From the NCBI GenBank assembly GCA_964500435.1, contig CAZCNL010000010.1:1326-65325 (forward strand): 64,000 nt of DNA. The letters run 5' to 3'. Under the pieces are notes generated by a model. That model ran no database searches and was not told where the DNA came from. It was given only the letters and a program-made list of their open reading frames with translations. The DNA is from an uncultured Chloroherpeton sp. (GTDB lineage: Bacteria > Bacteroidota > Ignavibacteria > Kapaibacteriales > UBA2268). A program made the translations under genes and the position numbers. Below are positions 1 to 8,160 of the stretch, in pieces (the stretch's first letter is position 1; each line of letters begins with the position of its first letter).

Positions 1-1
1 T

Positions 2-193
2 GGTGAAGTAACTGTGAAGTTATCAAATACAAACTCATCGTTTACGAACATAAAATTGTTCGATAAAGAAGGTAATTTGATTAATTTCACAAAGGAATTC
101 AAATTACTTAATTCCTTTAAAATTACAGGATTAAACAAAGGTGTTTATTATCTTAATTTTAACGGTGAAATAAGTCCTTTTATTGTTGAGTAA
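2..193 (+). CDS. 3' end of a T9SS type A sorting-domain protein (runs in from the left edge)
   Basis: Open frame GEVTVKLSNTNSSFTNIKLFDKEGNLI...GLNKGVYYLNFNGEISPFIVE* has the T9SS CTD pattern (I..D..G, L..GVY, terminal F.V). Confidence 0.7.
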   Translation, partial: GEVTVKLSNTNSSFTNIKLFDKEGNLINFTKEFKLLNSFKITGLNKGVYYLNFNGEISPFIVE

Positions 194-198
194 AATAA

Positions 199-228
199 GG
201 GTTGTCTCATAATATAAATGAGGCAACC
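199..228 (+). terminator. Probable intrinsic terminator hairpin
   Basis: GGTTGTCTCAT-aatataa-ATGAGGCAACC stem just after the stop at 193. Confidence 0.6.
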
Positions 229-268
229 TGTTTAAATTTTTTAATAATTTATAAACAAGGATAAACAA

Positions 269-1891
269 ATGAAAAAGATTTATTTAATAATATTTTTTAT
301 ACCAATTTTGTTGAAAAGCACTGTTCCAGAAATACCTGAATTTGATTACGAAAAAATTATAAATTACGATATATATTCTGATAATAGAACAGTCTGGGAA
401 GTTGGCTTTTATGATTTAAAATCTTTTTATCTCTTAGTTCCAAATATATCTATTCCATTGCCAACAAGAGACGATTTTACAAAAGGTAGCTATTTTATTG
501 CACCAACATTATTAAGTAAAGATGGTTCAATAATTAAACGAACTGAAACACGGAAAACAGGGACTTATTTTGATTCGTTAAGTGATACTATGCATATGTT
601 ATCTTATATTGTGGTTGATGAGAACAAAATTAGAATTATTTGCTTTCGAGGCTTTCCGGGATTTTTAAGAATTAACTTCGATGCTCCCCCGGTTATTTTT
701 GACTTTAATCACAACTTAGAATTACAAAAAGTAAAAACAGACACAACTTATTTCCATCCGAATCATGGATCATACTTAGTTATAAAAGATGGACATTATT
801 ATTTTGGATACAACGACCTTAAATTCTTGCAAGATTCGAATGGATATGTATTAAAACGGTGGGGTGAGTATTATATTAAGGAATATAAAGAGACTGATAA
901 TTATTTAGAAGATATGCATAAAGACATAAAATTAAAATTCCCCTCTGATACCGTAGATACATTGTTACGAGAATTAATGAATGAATTTACATTTGGAATA
1001 CAAAAGTATCCGAATGAAGGACAAATATCAGCATATTTTTACTTTAAAGACACAACCGGCAAATTATACCAAAGATTATGCTATTTCGATAAAGAAGGAA
1101 ATTATTTATATTGCAATAAAGAAAAATTACCTCCAATTTTTATTAAATTATCGAATTATAATTCGATTTTTGATAAAGATGGCAATGTATATACATTTAA
1201 TCGTAATCTTGATAAAAGTGAAAGTATTCCACCAACGCTAATAAAATATGATAATAAAGGCAATGTAATATGGGAAACAGCACTGCCATTGGATTTAAAG
1301 GAAAATGATAGCTTAAAAGTATATATTTTTCGAAACAATATAGTAGCAAAATTTTTAGATTCGAATCACATCATAGTATTTTATTCAAAATATTATTATG
1401 GTCCCGATAAATCAAAGATACATTTTCCATTTTTCTATATCTACGATACCGATGGCAATTTATTAAAAGCGTATGAATGGGATAGAACCATAGAAGGAAA
1501 TTCAAGATGGTGGTTAATACAAGATGTACATAAAGAAGATGATGACCACCTGTTTTTAATAGGTCGACCAACATCAAATATGGCAATCGATGACAGAATA
1601 ATAGTAAGTAGAATAAGGTTTTCAACAACTGATGTAAAAGATAATACTAAAAATAAAATCACAAAACTTGAAGTTTACCCAAACCCTGCGATGGACGAAA
1701 TAAACATTAATATGAAAGACAACATATATAATTACAGAATAATAGATGTTTTGGGGAAAGTAATTCAAACGGGCAAAACACAAGGCAAAATTAATATTAA
1801 TGATTTAATTACAGGTCAATATAGTTTAGAAGTTACTGACAATAATAAACATATTTTTCGAAATTTATTAAAAAATAATAAACAAGGATAA
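269..1891 (+). CDS. Secreted T9SS type A sorting-domain protein, probably beta-propeller-rich
   Basis: Signal peptide MKKIYLIIFFIPILLKS; CTD LEVYPNPA...IIDVLGKVI...LITGQY. Confidence 0.8.
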   Translation: MKKIYLIIFFIPILLKSTVPEIPEFDYEKIINYDIYSDNRTVWEVGFYDLKSFYLLVPNISIPLPTRDDFTKGSYFIAPTLLSKDGSIIKRTETRKTGTYFDSLSDTMHMLSYIVVDENKIRIICFRGFPGFLRINFDAPPVIFDFNHNLELQKVKTDTTYFHPNHGSYLVIKDGHYYFGYNDLKFLQDSNGYVLKRWGEYYIKEYKETDNYLEDMHKDIKLKFPSDTVDTLLRELMNEFTFGIQKYPNEGQISAYFYFKDTTGKLYQRLCYFDKEGNYLYCNKEKLPPIFIKLSNYNSIFDKDGNVYTFNRNLDKSESIPPTLIKYDNKGNVIWETALPLDLKENDSLKVYIFRNNIVAKFLDSNHIIVFYSKYYYGPDKSKIHFPFFYIYDTDGNLLKAYEWDRTIEGNSRWWLIQDVHKEDDDHLFLIGRPTSNMAIDDRIIVSRIRFSTTDVKDNTKNKITKLEVYPNPAMDEININMKDNIYNYRIIDVLGKVIQTGKTQGKININDLITGQYSLEVTDNNKHIFRNLLKNNKQG

Positions 1892-1895
1892 ACAA

Positions 1896-3065
1896 ATGAA
1901 AAAGATTTATTTAATAATATTTTTTATACCAATTTTGTTGAAAAGCACTGTTCCAGAAATACCTGAATTTGATTACGAAAAAATTATAAATTACGATATA
2001 TATTCTGATAATAGAACAGTCTGGGAAGTTGGCTTTTATGATTTAAAATCTTTTTATCTCTTAGTTCCAAATATATCTATTAAATTTCCAACAAGAGACG
2101 ATTTTACAAAAGGTAGCTTTTTTATTGCACCAACATTATTGGGGAAAGATGGTTCTCTAATAAAAATAACAGAAACACGAAGAACAGGCACATATTTTGA
2201 TTCATTGGCCGATACAGCTCATATTTTCTCTTATGTCCTTTCTGACGAAAATAAAATAAGAATTATTTGCAAGCGAGGATATCCAACATATTTGAGTTAT
2301 TCTTTCAAATCACACCCACTGATATTTGATTTTAATTACAACTTAGAATTGCAAAAAGTAAAAACAGACACAACTTATTTCCATCCGAATTATGGATCAT
2401 ACTTAGTTATAAAAGATGGACATTATTATTTTGGATACAACGACCTTAAATTCTTGCAAGATTCGAATGGATATGTATTAAAACGGTGGGGTGAGTATTA
2501 TATTAAGGAATATAAAGAGACTGATAATTATTTAGAAGATATGCATAAAGACATAAAATTAAAATTCCCCTCTGATACCGTAGATACATTGTTACGAGAA
2601 TTAATGAATGAATTTACATTTGGAATACAAAAGTATCCGAATGAAGGACAAATATCAGCATATTTTTACTTTAAAGACACAACCGGCAAATTATACCAAA
2701 GATTATGCTATTTCGATAAAGAAGGAAATTATTTGTATTGTAATAAAGAAAAATTGCCAACAGTCATTATAACAGGTTCGATTTATGATAAAGATGAAAA
2801 TGCATATACATTTAATCGCAATCTTGATAAAAGTGAAAGTACTCCACCAACGTTAATAAAATATGATAATAAAGGCAATGTAATATGGGAAACAGCATTA
2901 CCATTGGATTTAAAGGAAAATGATAGCTTAAAAGTATATATTTTTCGAAACAATATAGTAGCAAAATTTTTAGATTCGAATCACATCATAGTATTTTATT
3001 CAAAATATTATTATGGTCCCGATAAATCAAGGATACTTTTCCCTCGTTTGTCGAAGAAAAAATAA
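1896..3065 (+). pseudogene. 3'-truncated tandem paralog of 269-1891, lacking the T9SS CTD
   Basis: Long identical blocks with copy 1 up to ...YYGPDKS (nt 3030), then unrelated sequence and a stop 11 codons later. Confidence 0.8.
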
Positions 3066-3199
3066 CTTACGGTGCAACCGCAGCATTACGCAACCTGCTT
3101 TTCGACGGTGATTACAAGTATAAAGACATTATACGCCCTGCTGTAACAATCAAGCAGTCTTATTCCGTAACCTTTGCTCAACCATCTCTTAAGAAATAA
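3032..3199 (+). pseudogene. Start-less 55-codon C-terminal remnant of a probable phage gene
   Basis: Frame DTFPSFVEEKITYGATAALRNLLFDGDYKYKDIIRPAVTIKQSYSVTFAQPSLKK* opens at the junction, has no start codon and is followed by a hairpin. Confidence 0.55.
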
Positions 3200-3215
3200 C
3201 TTAAACACCCAAAAA

Positions 3216-3240
3216 CCCCTCCTGAACTAAACAGGAGGGG
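3216..3240 (+). terminator. Hairpin upstream of the ParB-like gene
   Basis: CCCCTCCTG-aactaaa-CAGGAGGGG perfect 9-bp stem; no U-tract on +, A-run on its 5' side (U-tract on -). Confidence 0.45.
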
Positions 3241-3266
3241 CAAGGGCAAACTAAAAGGAATAAAAA

Positions 3267-4430
3267 ATGAACGAAGAAATAATATTGATAAATGTATCAG
3301 ACATTGCTTCGCACCCGAAGCAAGAAGAAATTTACGGCGAAATGAGCCTCGAGCCCGAATTCATCGCATCAGTCAAAGATGATGGTATCTTAAATCCAAT
3401 CATAGTAACCTATTCAAATCTATTTGGCGGGATTTCTGATTGCAAATACACGAGTATATCAGGTCATCGCAGACTTGCAGCTTGCAGGGAATTGAATATT
3501 GAACAAATTCCTGCTATTATAAGAGAATATAATTCAGCCGAAGATTCTGTAAAATCTCTCCTTGCTCTAAACTTCCAAAGAGAGAAAAATGACACTCAAA
3601 GAATAAATGAATTTTTGGCATACAAGCAAATATTGTGCCAAATCGGCAAAAAGCACAAGGGCAAAGGTGTTTACACTGACACTGTATTTGATAATGATGA
3701 GTTTTCGACACTTGTCAAAAACTTAAAAATCGACCCTCAGCGACCCTTAAATTCGACAGATATTTTGAAAAATATTTGCGGTTTTGCAGAAAGAGAGCAA
3801 AAATATATGACTGTAATTTTTGATGCTGATTATCAGCCTCGAACAATCGAAAAACTTACAAAATTAGGACTTTCGCTCGATGACCATAATGCTTTGCTGA
3901 GTTTTTGGAATGATATACGAACTGAAGTAACTTCGAAGCAACGAACACTTAAAAATGCGCACGATGCAATCAAGTCAGCAATTAATATGTACGCTGCAAA
4001 GCTCGAAGAGCAGAACAAAAAGCCTGCAAAAAAAGCTACGCCGGACAAACAAAAGCCAAAAGTAGCGGCAGAAGTGCCAAAACCAAAAGTAGCGGTAGAA
4101 GTGCCGAAACAAGCCAAATTTGTGTATCTGTCCGGACCGATAAGCAATAATAATAAATACGTCGATGACTTTGCGAAAGCAGAGAAGGCAGTAAAAGATT
4201 TATTTCCTTCAAATTACAAGGTTATCAATCCTGCTAAGTTTTCAATCGATAAAACGGGAGACGAACATGTAGACTGGATTAAATACATGGCAGAGGAAGC
4301 GATACCGCAACTACTGTCAGAAGCATGCGATGCCATTGCGATGCTCAAAGGCTGGGAGAATTCGAAAGGAGCGTCAGTTGAACATGCGATCGCAAAAGCG
4401 ATGGACTACACGATTGTTTATTTAACTTAA
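3267..4430 (+). CDS. ParB/Srx N-terminal domain protein fused to a C-terminal DUF4406 / nucleoside-deoxyribosyltransferase-like domain
   Basis: N-term SVKDDGILNPIIV...ISGHRRLAACRELNIEQIPAII; C-term VYLSGPIS...F...E...VINPA...CDAIAMLKGWENSKGASVEHAIAKAM. Confidence 0.75.
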   Translation: MNEEIILINVSDIASHPKQEEIYGEMSLEPEFIASVKDDGILNPIIVTYSNLFGGISDCKYTSISGHRRLAACRELNIEQIPAIIREYNSAEDSVKSLLALNFQREKNDTQRINEFLAYKQILCQIGKKHKGKGVYTDTVFDNDEFSTLVKNLKIDPQRPLNSTDILKNICGFAEREQKYMTVIFDADYQPRTIEKLTKLGLSLDDHNALLSFWNDIRTEVTSKQRTLKNAHDAIKSAINMYAAKLEEQNKKPAKKATPDKQKPKVAAEVPKPKVAVEVPKQAKFVYLSGPISNNNKYVDDFAKAEKAVKDLFPSNYKVINPAKFSIDKTGDEHVDWIKYMAEEAIPQLLSEACDAIAMLKGWENSKGASVEHAIAKAMDYTIVYLT

Positions 4431-4443
4431 CCGGGGTGGTTTA

Positions 4444-4692
4444 ATGTTTTGTCCGAAATGTTCAAGTGATAATTGGTCTGTAATCAAAAAGTATTCTTTT
4501 CGTCGTTTTGTTGAAGGAAAAGGCTGGGTTTACTCTGATGAATATGATACACGTAGATTGCTCTGCAATAACTGCATGAGTGTCTTTTTGGTTGAATCTA
4601 AAATCGTATTCAAGGAGGAATTTGATGAACTAAAACACAAAAAGAGAATCACTGTAGTTCACAAATCACCATTCGACGAGGATGCGAAATGA
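4444..4692 (+). CDS. Zinc-ribbon protein (Ogr/Delta- or NrdR-N-like), possible late-transcription activator
   Basis: CPKC...RRLLCNNC..F.VE two-CxxC pattern. Confidence 0.5.
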   Translation: MFCPKCSSDNWSVIKKYSFRRFVEGKGWVYSDEYDTRRLLCNNCMSVFLVESKIVFKEEFDELKHKKRITVVHKSPFDEDAK

Positions 4693-5681
4693 AAGAATTT
4701 TTAAAAGCAGTGAAAGAGTTGGTTGAAAGACTTTACAAAGAAGGGCGCCCGGGCGACATTAGCAAAGAAATCAAAGCTTTAGCAAAACAATACAAAATCG
4801 GCGAGCAAGGTTTGAGAGAAGCTAAGAAAATACAGAATGCTTACCAAAGCAATTTGGAAGATGAATTTATCAAAAAATTCACGAAAGAATTTACTGTAAG
4901 TGAATTTGATAGAATTTCTGAAAACTTTCAAAAGAATGTAGTCGAGTCCGTTAAGCGTTCCATGCGTTCATCTGACCCTGATATAGCTGTAAAAGCAGTA
5001 AAAAGGCTGGGTGTTGTAGCAGAAAGGCATTTACGGACAGTTGTCCAAACAGCAAAGGACGGCATCAACCAGGCTCAGGTAATCGAAGATGCCAAGAACT
5101 CAGGCATTAAGCAAATGCGGTACGTCGGCCCTAAAACAAGTCTTCGCCCTTTTTGTTTCAAGCACGTTGGTAAAATCTACACTATCGAAGAAATCAAAAA
5201 TATGAGCAATGGTCAAGGTTTGCCCGTATTGTACTTTGGCGGCGGCTATAACTGCCGTCACAGGTGGGTCGCTGTGGAAGGCGAGGAACAGAATGGAGTT
5301 TTTCTCCACGAAAGTTTTAAGGCGAAATACGGCAGCAATGTGCCGAAAGTAGTTGCAGAAGAAATAAAAGGAGCCGAATTACTTGCCGCTCACGGTAAAG
5401 TGGAAATCAATCCTTACCGTCAGGAGCAAGAAAAAGCCGATACAGATTTGTTCTTCGACGGCAAACCTGCGCAATTGAAACAAACAAATTCGCAAAACGA
5501 AAATATTTTTAGACAAAAACTTCGGGATGCTCGTCATCAAGCTGATAACGTAATAATAATTTTTAACGGTTTGCCTGATGAATCAAGGTCGATAGAAATC
5601 GCAAAGAATTGGCTTAGAAAGCATCCCGAAAAGAAATTGATAATATACAATAAACAAACTCAAAAATTTAAGGAGATTTAA
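4689..5681 (+). CDS. MuF/minor capsid (head morphogenesis) protein with a C-terminal CdiA-like PD-(D/E)XK toxin domain
   Basis: R.FC...GK.Y...GGYNCRHRW MuF-type motif, then DTDLFFDGKPAQLK...FRQKLRDARHQADNVIII. Confidence 0.7.
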   Translation: MKEFLKAVKELVERLYKEGRPGDISKEIKALAKQYKIGEQGLREAKKIQNAYQSNLEDEFIKKFTKEFTVSEFDRISENFQKNVVESVKRSMRSSDPDIAVKAVKRLGVVAERHLRTVVQTAKDGINQAQVIEDAKNSGIKQMRYVGPKTSLRPFCFKHVGKIYTIEEIKNMSNGQGLPVLYFGGGYNCRHRWVAVEGEEQNGVFLHESFKAKYGSNVPKVVAEEIKGAELLAAHGKVEINPYRQEQEKADTDLFFDGKPAQLKQTNSQNENIFRQKLRDARHQADNVIIIFNGLPDESRSIEIAKNWLRKHPEKKLIIYNKQTQKFKEI

Positions 5682-5961
5682 AATGAAATACGCAGACTGG
5701 GTAGATGATTTTGAAAGCGGCACAATCGAATGGAATATCGAAACTGCTTGTTATGCTTTGGGCGCCATCGAGTCTGATCGCCTCCACGGTGATTTAACCG
5801 ATGAAGAAGCTGAAAAACTTAAAAAAATGCTTCCGTTGACAAAGGAAGATCTCGCTAAAATTGATTTTTAAACAAAAGGAGATTTAAAATGAAATACGGT
5901 GACTGGGTAGATGATTTTGAAAGCGGCACAATCGAATGGAATATCGAAACTGCTTGTTATG
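5670..5961 (+). repeat. 86-bp direct repeat (5670-5755 and 5876-5961), period 206 bp
   Basis: AAGGAGATTTAAAATGAAATACG(CA/GT)GACTGGG...GCTTGTTATG; only 2 mismatches. Confidence 0.95.
5683..5871 (+). CDS. Small acidic protein, candidate cognate immunity protein 1
   Basis: 62 aa; starts 1 nt after the toxin stop; RBS AGGAG. Confidence 0.55.
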   Translation: MKYADWVDDFESGTIEWNIETACYALGAIESDRLHGDLTDEEAEKLKKMLPLTKEDLAKIDF

Positions 5962-6077
5962 TGCTGGGTATTCTTTTCTCAGATTATATAAATCATCAGA
6001 TAACCGAAAAGGAGTATGACGAACTGGTAAAAATGGTGCCTATCTCTAAAGAAGTCAAAGACAAAATTAACTGGTGA
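5889..6077 (+). CDS. Small acidic protein, paralog of 5683-5871, candidate immunity protein 2
   Basis: 62 aa; first 24 residues identical except one; C-terminal half divergent. Confidence 0.55.
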   Translation: MKYGDWVDDFESGTIEWNIETACYVLGILFSDYINHQITEKEYDELVKMVPISKEVKDKINW

Positions 6078-6460
6078 ACAATATGAGAAGAGATTTAGAT
6101 TTGGTAAGACATCTGCTGCTTAAGCTCGAAGGAGAGCAATCTTATAAGGATGCAAAAGAATCCGCAGCAGATGCAGCTTTGCTGACAAATACGAAGATTA
6201 CGAAAAAAACTGTCCATGAACATTATTTATGGCTTTTTGATGCGGGATTTATTGAGGCTCAGCTCATCGCAAGAGCTGGCGGTTACAGCGTTGTTTATCC
6301 TCGCAGGCTTACATGGGCAGGCGCAGAGTATTTGGATTGCGTACGAGATTCGAAAATCTGGAGAGAAACCAAAAGTAAACTTTCGGCAGTTGGCTCGGCT
6401 TCGCTTCCGATTATCCAAAAATTAGCAGAAAGCATAATCAAAAAAGTGCTTTCCATTTAA
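6074..6460 (+). CDS. DUF2513-family protein (start may be the ATG at 6083)
   Basis: MRRDLDLVRHLLLKLE...RLTWAGAEYLDCVRD..IW..TK signature. Confidence 0.8.
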   Translation: MNNMRRDLDLVRHLLLKLEGEQSYKDAKESAADAALLTNTKITKKTVHEHYLWLFDAGFIEAQLIARAGGYSVVYPRRLTWAGAEYLDCVRDSKIWRETKSKLSAVGSASLPIIQKLAESIIKKVLSI

Positions 6461-6480
6461 TAATTTTTTAAACCAAATCC

Positions 6481-6507
6481 AAAAGCCCTCAAACGAGGGC
6501 TTTTTTT
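6481..6507. terminator. Bidirectional intrinsic terminator between convergent operons
   Basis: AAAAGCCCTC-aaac-GAGGGCTTTTTTT. Confidence 0.85.
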
Positions 6508-7051
6508 ATGAACGCGCTTTCAAATCCGTTTTAATTCTGCTAACGGCTTCATCAATGAATTTAGGGTCGTTCAGAACCAATCCTGCTGCATAATCTAAAA
6601 GCCTATTTTCGTTTTCGTCGGTAAGCCCGAAGAACTTCCAAAGCCGCCTACTTTTGCCCACTCCCGAAACGTTAAACCAGAACGCTTTTTGTGCCTGTTC
6701 TGCCGAAGTGAAGTAAATAACGCTACTTGTATCGGATTCTGCTCTCGCAGAAATTGATTTTAGCATTGAACCTGACCATTGTAGGTAATCGCCTTCAGGA
6801 TTTCTGTTGTTCATCACTCTCCAATCTTTGTAACCACCTGTAACGATCTGCCAAAGTTTGCCATTTGCATTAAAAGGTTTCAATCTTCCTTCTTTTTGCA
6901 GTGTTTTGAGCCCTTTCAAATTTCGTTTTGCGGGCATAGCAAAAGGTTTTGTGGAGTATTTGTAAGATTTGCCATCTACATCAACTCCTTTTTCAATTTG
7001 CTCGTTAATAAGCTCGATAGCATAAAAAGCGATCTTCTCGATTATACTCAT
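6506..7051 (-). CDS. Phage virion morphogenesis protein (Mu gpG-like)
   Basis: G.D.DG...LQWSGSMLKSI...R.W.FFGLTDENE resembles the virion morphogenesis family; directly after the portal. Confidence 0.55.
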   Translation of the reverse strand: MSIIEKIAFYAIELINEQIEKGVDVDGKSYKYSTKPFAMPAKRNLKGLKTLQKEGRLKPFNANGKLWQIVTGGYKDWRVMNNRNPEGDYLQWSGSMLKSISARAESDTSSVIYFTSAEQAQKAFWFNVSGVGKSRRLWKFFGLTDENENRLLDYAAGLVLNDPKFIDEAVSRIKTDLKARS

Positions 7052-8160
7052 TGCGGGAGAGCTCCATCAAATATTTCATCGCCTGCAGCGGGCACTTTAA
7101 AGCCAATCTTTTCGTAAACCTCAGTTTTAACAAGCGGGATGCCTGCCGCAAGCGCTTCACGAATAACAGCGACGTTGGACTCATAATCTGCTTGAACATC
7201 TGTGATAAAATTGAATCTGTAAGGTGGGGCTTCATTGCCATAATTTAAAAACCAATCCCATTTGACGAGCTTATTGCACGCTTTTTCTGCGATTTTTAAA
7301 TCGAACCACATTAAATCATCGGTAACTAATTTTTGAACCTGGAGCGCAGCTCTGGAACCTGTTTTTGCCGGCAATTCAGCAACGTTCGCCTGACCGACAA
7401 TCGCTATGGCGATTGAGCTATCTAATAAATCGGAAGCATCTTTGAACGAGCTTGCAGAACCAGATTGCACAATAGAGTGAAAATTAAAGTCCACTAAATC
7501 ACTTGTCATAAGGTAGTTGTTTTTAACTGCACTAATCAACGCATTCTTAGCCTCGGTTATTTCTTCCGCAGAAGCACCATGCTCAATTCCGTGAATAATA
7601 CCTTTTAACTTTCTGTTGAAGTTCAGCCACTCGAGAAGATTGTCGTTTCTATATATCTCTAACAGCCCAACCGACCTCATTTGACCGCCGACTCTATGCG
7701 ATGAATCCGCAATATAAAATTGGTCTTCACCACGAATATTTCTAACATCATTGACAAATTCAAAAACCGTATCATTTTTGAAGCCTGTAAGTGAGGACAA
7801 AGGCAGCTGTCGGGCAGTTTTAGGTGTAACGCCGGCTTCGGTAGTTTCCCAGCCCAATTCAACGCAAAAACAGCCAAAGAGACTAAAATCAACCGAAGCA
7901 AAAATAATCACCTGAAGAGCATCTCGTAGTCTTTCCATTGCTTCCTGGGCTGCTTCGACGAACTCGTTTGATTTTGGCTTCAAATCAAAATCCCAGCTAG
8001 CAACTGCGGCACGGCGGGTATTGATATAACCACCCAATTTGGTGTTGATGGACGAGAACCATTCGAGAGTTTCAAGCAATTTCCTTGCGTCTCTATCTTC
8101 GGGAAGAGTGCGGTCTAAATTTCTGAGCATTGTTAGGTAAGTTTTTGGATCGGGATACAT
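7048..8160 (-). CDS. Portal protein (DUF935 / Mu gp29-like)
   Basis: 370 aa; R..AV..W.F.L, ...ISIAIVGQ......GSRA..QV...V..D, GIPL...EVYEKIG...P motifs. Confidence 0.7.
   Translation of the reverse strand: MYPDPKTYLTMLRNLDRTLPEDRDARKLLETLEWFSSINTKLGGYINTRRAAVASWDFDLKPKSNEFVEAAQEAMERLRDALQVIIFASVDFSLFGCFCVELGWETTEAGVTPKTARQLPLSSLTGFKNDTVFEFVNDVRNIRGEDQFYIADSSHRVGGQMRSVGLLEIYRNDNLLEWLNFNRKLKGIIHGIEHGASAEEITEAKNALISAVKNNYLMTSDLVDFNFHSIVQSGSASSFKDASDLLDSSIAIAIVGQANVAELPAKTGSRAALQVQKLVTDDLMWFDLKIAEKACNKLVKWDWFLNYGNEAPPYRFNFITDVQADYESNVAVIREALAAGIPLVKTEVYEKIGFKVPAAGDEIFDGALPQ

Noticed and set aside
269-3030. Diversity-generating retroelement (TR/VR pair) as the explanation for the T9SS duplicates
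   Set aside because: Differences involve all four bases and include synonymous changes and an indel, not adenine-specific substitutions; no reverse transcriptase in the window
3163-3179. Inverted left-end counterpart of the right-end repeat (TTCC...TTTGCTC)
   Set aside because: Weak gapped match inside the coding remnant; compatible with chance
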